DNA from: Yuukianura sp. NJ FZ-2021
Lineage: Eukaryota
Assembly: GCA_046563655.1 (NCBI GenBank)
Contig: CM102285.1
Span: 5,146,001 to 5,210,000 of the forward strand
Reading direction: 5' to 3'
DNA: 64,000 bases
Of the stretch, positions 62,150 through 64,000 are shown in pieces (within the stretch, counting starts at the first letter, position 1; the number at the start of each line of letters is the position of its first letter). The position numbers were made by a program, and so were the translations under genes. The notes below the pieces were generated by a model. It made no database searches, was not told where the DNA came from, and saw nothing but the letters and a program-made list of their open reading frames with translations.

Positions 62150-62900
62150 CAACTTGGTTTAATTGAAATTTTCGACTTTATTGCGCTCCAAAAAATATTT
62201 GCTGGGACTTCATAAAGTTCGCTATCGCCTTGTGCTACAAACTTGAGCTCTACTAAGTCAAGAGCCGCCACAATTAATGCCAATAATTCTAAATAGCACC
62301 GAATTAGGTTGGATGTGACTAAAATCCGGGCTTGTCATACCGTATTGTATCATTTTCTTGTCTTTAAACTCTATATTATTTAGCTTCAGTGAGTCCCAAA
62401 AATTCTATAAAATTCTCAGCAAAGACGATGGGAAATTGAGCATGAGGTTTAAGGTATTTAATCCTTATTTGATACCTTTCACCTTCTGCAACAACCCCAG
62501 AGAACTCAATTTCGAAAACTTTAAAAATTCGGTTAAGTCCCAAACTAAAGTTTTGGACTGTTGTTCTTTGGCGCCATTACCGAAAATGACCTTTTCTGAC
62601 TGCAGTAATTCTCTTTTGAGTAATTCCAAACATTTCTCGGAATTATAATGCTACTTGTATTGTATAAGGCCTTAATATTTGCCAATCGTAATTGCTCAAG
62701 TGTTGGTAGCGAAAAAACATTGTCACCATAACCTAAAGTAATGTCGAATATTCCAGAAATTTTTTTAATTGTAAGCATTGGCTTTTCATATGACAGCACT
62801 GGGGTAGAGAATGTGGAACTACATTCTGTCAATGCCACCTCAAATAAGCTAGAGTCGAGATTAATCGGTTGGCTAAGCTTATTTCTAAAATTAGATTTTA
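62150..62900 (-). pseudogene. Polinton minor capsid (penton)-like gene, degraded
   Basis: SNFRNKLSQPINLDSSLFEVALTEC resembles the S.F...L...I.L...WEVAL.EI N-terminal motif, and the gene is adjacent to the integrase. Confidence 0.6.
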
Positions 62901-62915
62901 GATCTTTAACAAATG

Positions 62916-63845
62916 CAGGGTTCGAAAATTACGGTATTTTTCCCGAAAACTACGTAACTTAAGTAATTATCGCAACTTACGTAATCTACGTAAGATTGTA
63001 ATTTTCAAAACAAGCCGCCCGCACCCCACTCCCATCCCCAAACCATAAACTATTAATATCTACTATCTAATTGCGTTAAAAATCAAACCAAAGCCTGATA
63101 GAAATCTACTGCGGTAGACAATGGCTACTATTTTATTCTTAAGACTAAACTAATAACACACCTAACGCAATTAACACAAATAGTTCGAGAAACATAAACT
63201 AATTATTCCACTGCCATCACATCTAACTCTTCCTCAGGCTCTGGTAATCATCCTCCACTTCTATGTACTGCTCCTCGTCATCTTCTCCCCAGACAAATTT
63301 AAGTGAGGACTTTTTAGGTTCTTTGGATTGGTTAAAATGCTTAAACATAAATGCTAGTTTTGCGGCTTTTGGATTTCCCGAACGATTTCGCAGTTTGGAA
63401 TTCACATAACCATAAGTTGAAAAGATTCGTTCGAGAAAAGCCGTACTAGCTGCTGCCGACAGCAGTTGCTCACAAAGTTAGGAGTCGCTTGAGAGGAGGT
63501 CAAATATGTGCGAGTTGCACCCGTACTGAATAATTTTCATGTTTTCAGTTAATTTTCTTCTCATTTGGCCACATTTCCTGTATTGTCCGTGACAAATGAC
63601 CCGATTCTGACGTGGTAGTCATTTTCGCACTTTTCGATTTCGGCTTCAGCCAACGACAGTAAATATTCTGCGTTATGTGCATGGCCGGAAGTGTCCACGC
63701 TGTTTGTGAGAGCTGAGTTACCATCCGAGTCTAAGATCGAAATTCCGACAATAGGCTCATTATGAACGTTAGACCAACCATCTAAAGCCATGGTAACAGT
63801 TTTTCCATTGAGTTGGAGTTTCCATTGCTCCACAAGTTGGTCATG
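62916..63845 (-). mobile_element. hAT (DUF659-type) transposon fragment with one terminus
   Basis: CAGGGTTCG terminus at 62916 with subterminal TACGTAA repeats, LDGWSNVHNEPI and VTDNTGNV motifs, and a dimerisation-region ERIFS..G.V.SKLRNR. Internally deleted. Confidence 0.85.
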
Positions 63846-64000
63846 TGTGCCCGTATCATCTTACTGCCCGGGTTTGGTTCAAGGTCAAAATCGTTCCAAA
63901 TCGGATCTCTGACTCGTGGCATTTCAATAACAGCCAGTTAAAACAACAGAAAGAAAAGCTAGAAGGCAGATCAGTGTAAAACCGAAAAAATAATCATCTA

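Overview
Eukaryotic, AT-rich, transposon-dense DNA. It looks arthropod-like; the chemoreceptor style suggests a basal hexapod such as a springtail, but that is only inference. The first 25 kb holds host-type spliced genes. These are a 100-aa secreted peptide gene, two tandem gustatory-receptor-like genes and a 6-exon ATAD2/Yta7-like AAA+ ATPase. The second receptor gene is split by an intact 3.8-kb DDE transposon inserted at AAAA^TTTT with no target-site duplication (TSD). The ATPase has an extra degenerate AAA module and no bromodomain. From 25 to 64 kb the window is a nest of mobile elements. It includes a 7.9-kb TIR element, a palindromic Tc1 derivative, BEL/Pao and hAT fragments, and a Polinton/Maverick relic (PolB N-terminus, IAP, integrase, minor capsid). 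The Polinton is interrupted by a 19.75-kb env-bearing Gypsy element with a 5-bp TSD. That Gypsy carries a Penelope insertion, a second no-TSD MITE and a BEL-type LTR with a tRNA-Tyr primer-binding site (PBS). The most striking feature lies antisense to that BEL LTR: an apparently intact 9-exon, 705-aa gene not visible in the ORF track. Its N-terminus mimics the histone H3 tail (MARTK, GGKSPRK, KTARK) and its C-terminus is rich in zinc-finger-like motifs, making it a candidate retrotransposon-encoded chromatin decoy or anti-silencing factor. All gene models were built by hand from GT-AG sites and codon phase, and family calls come from motif recognition, not database searches.
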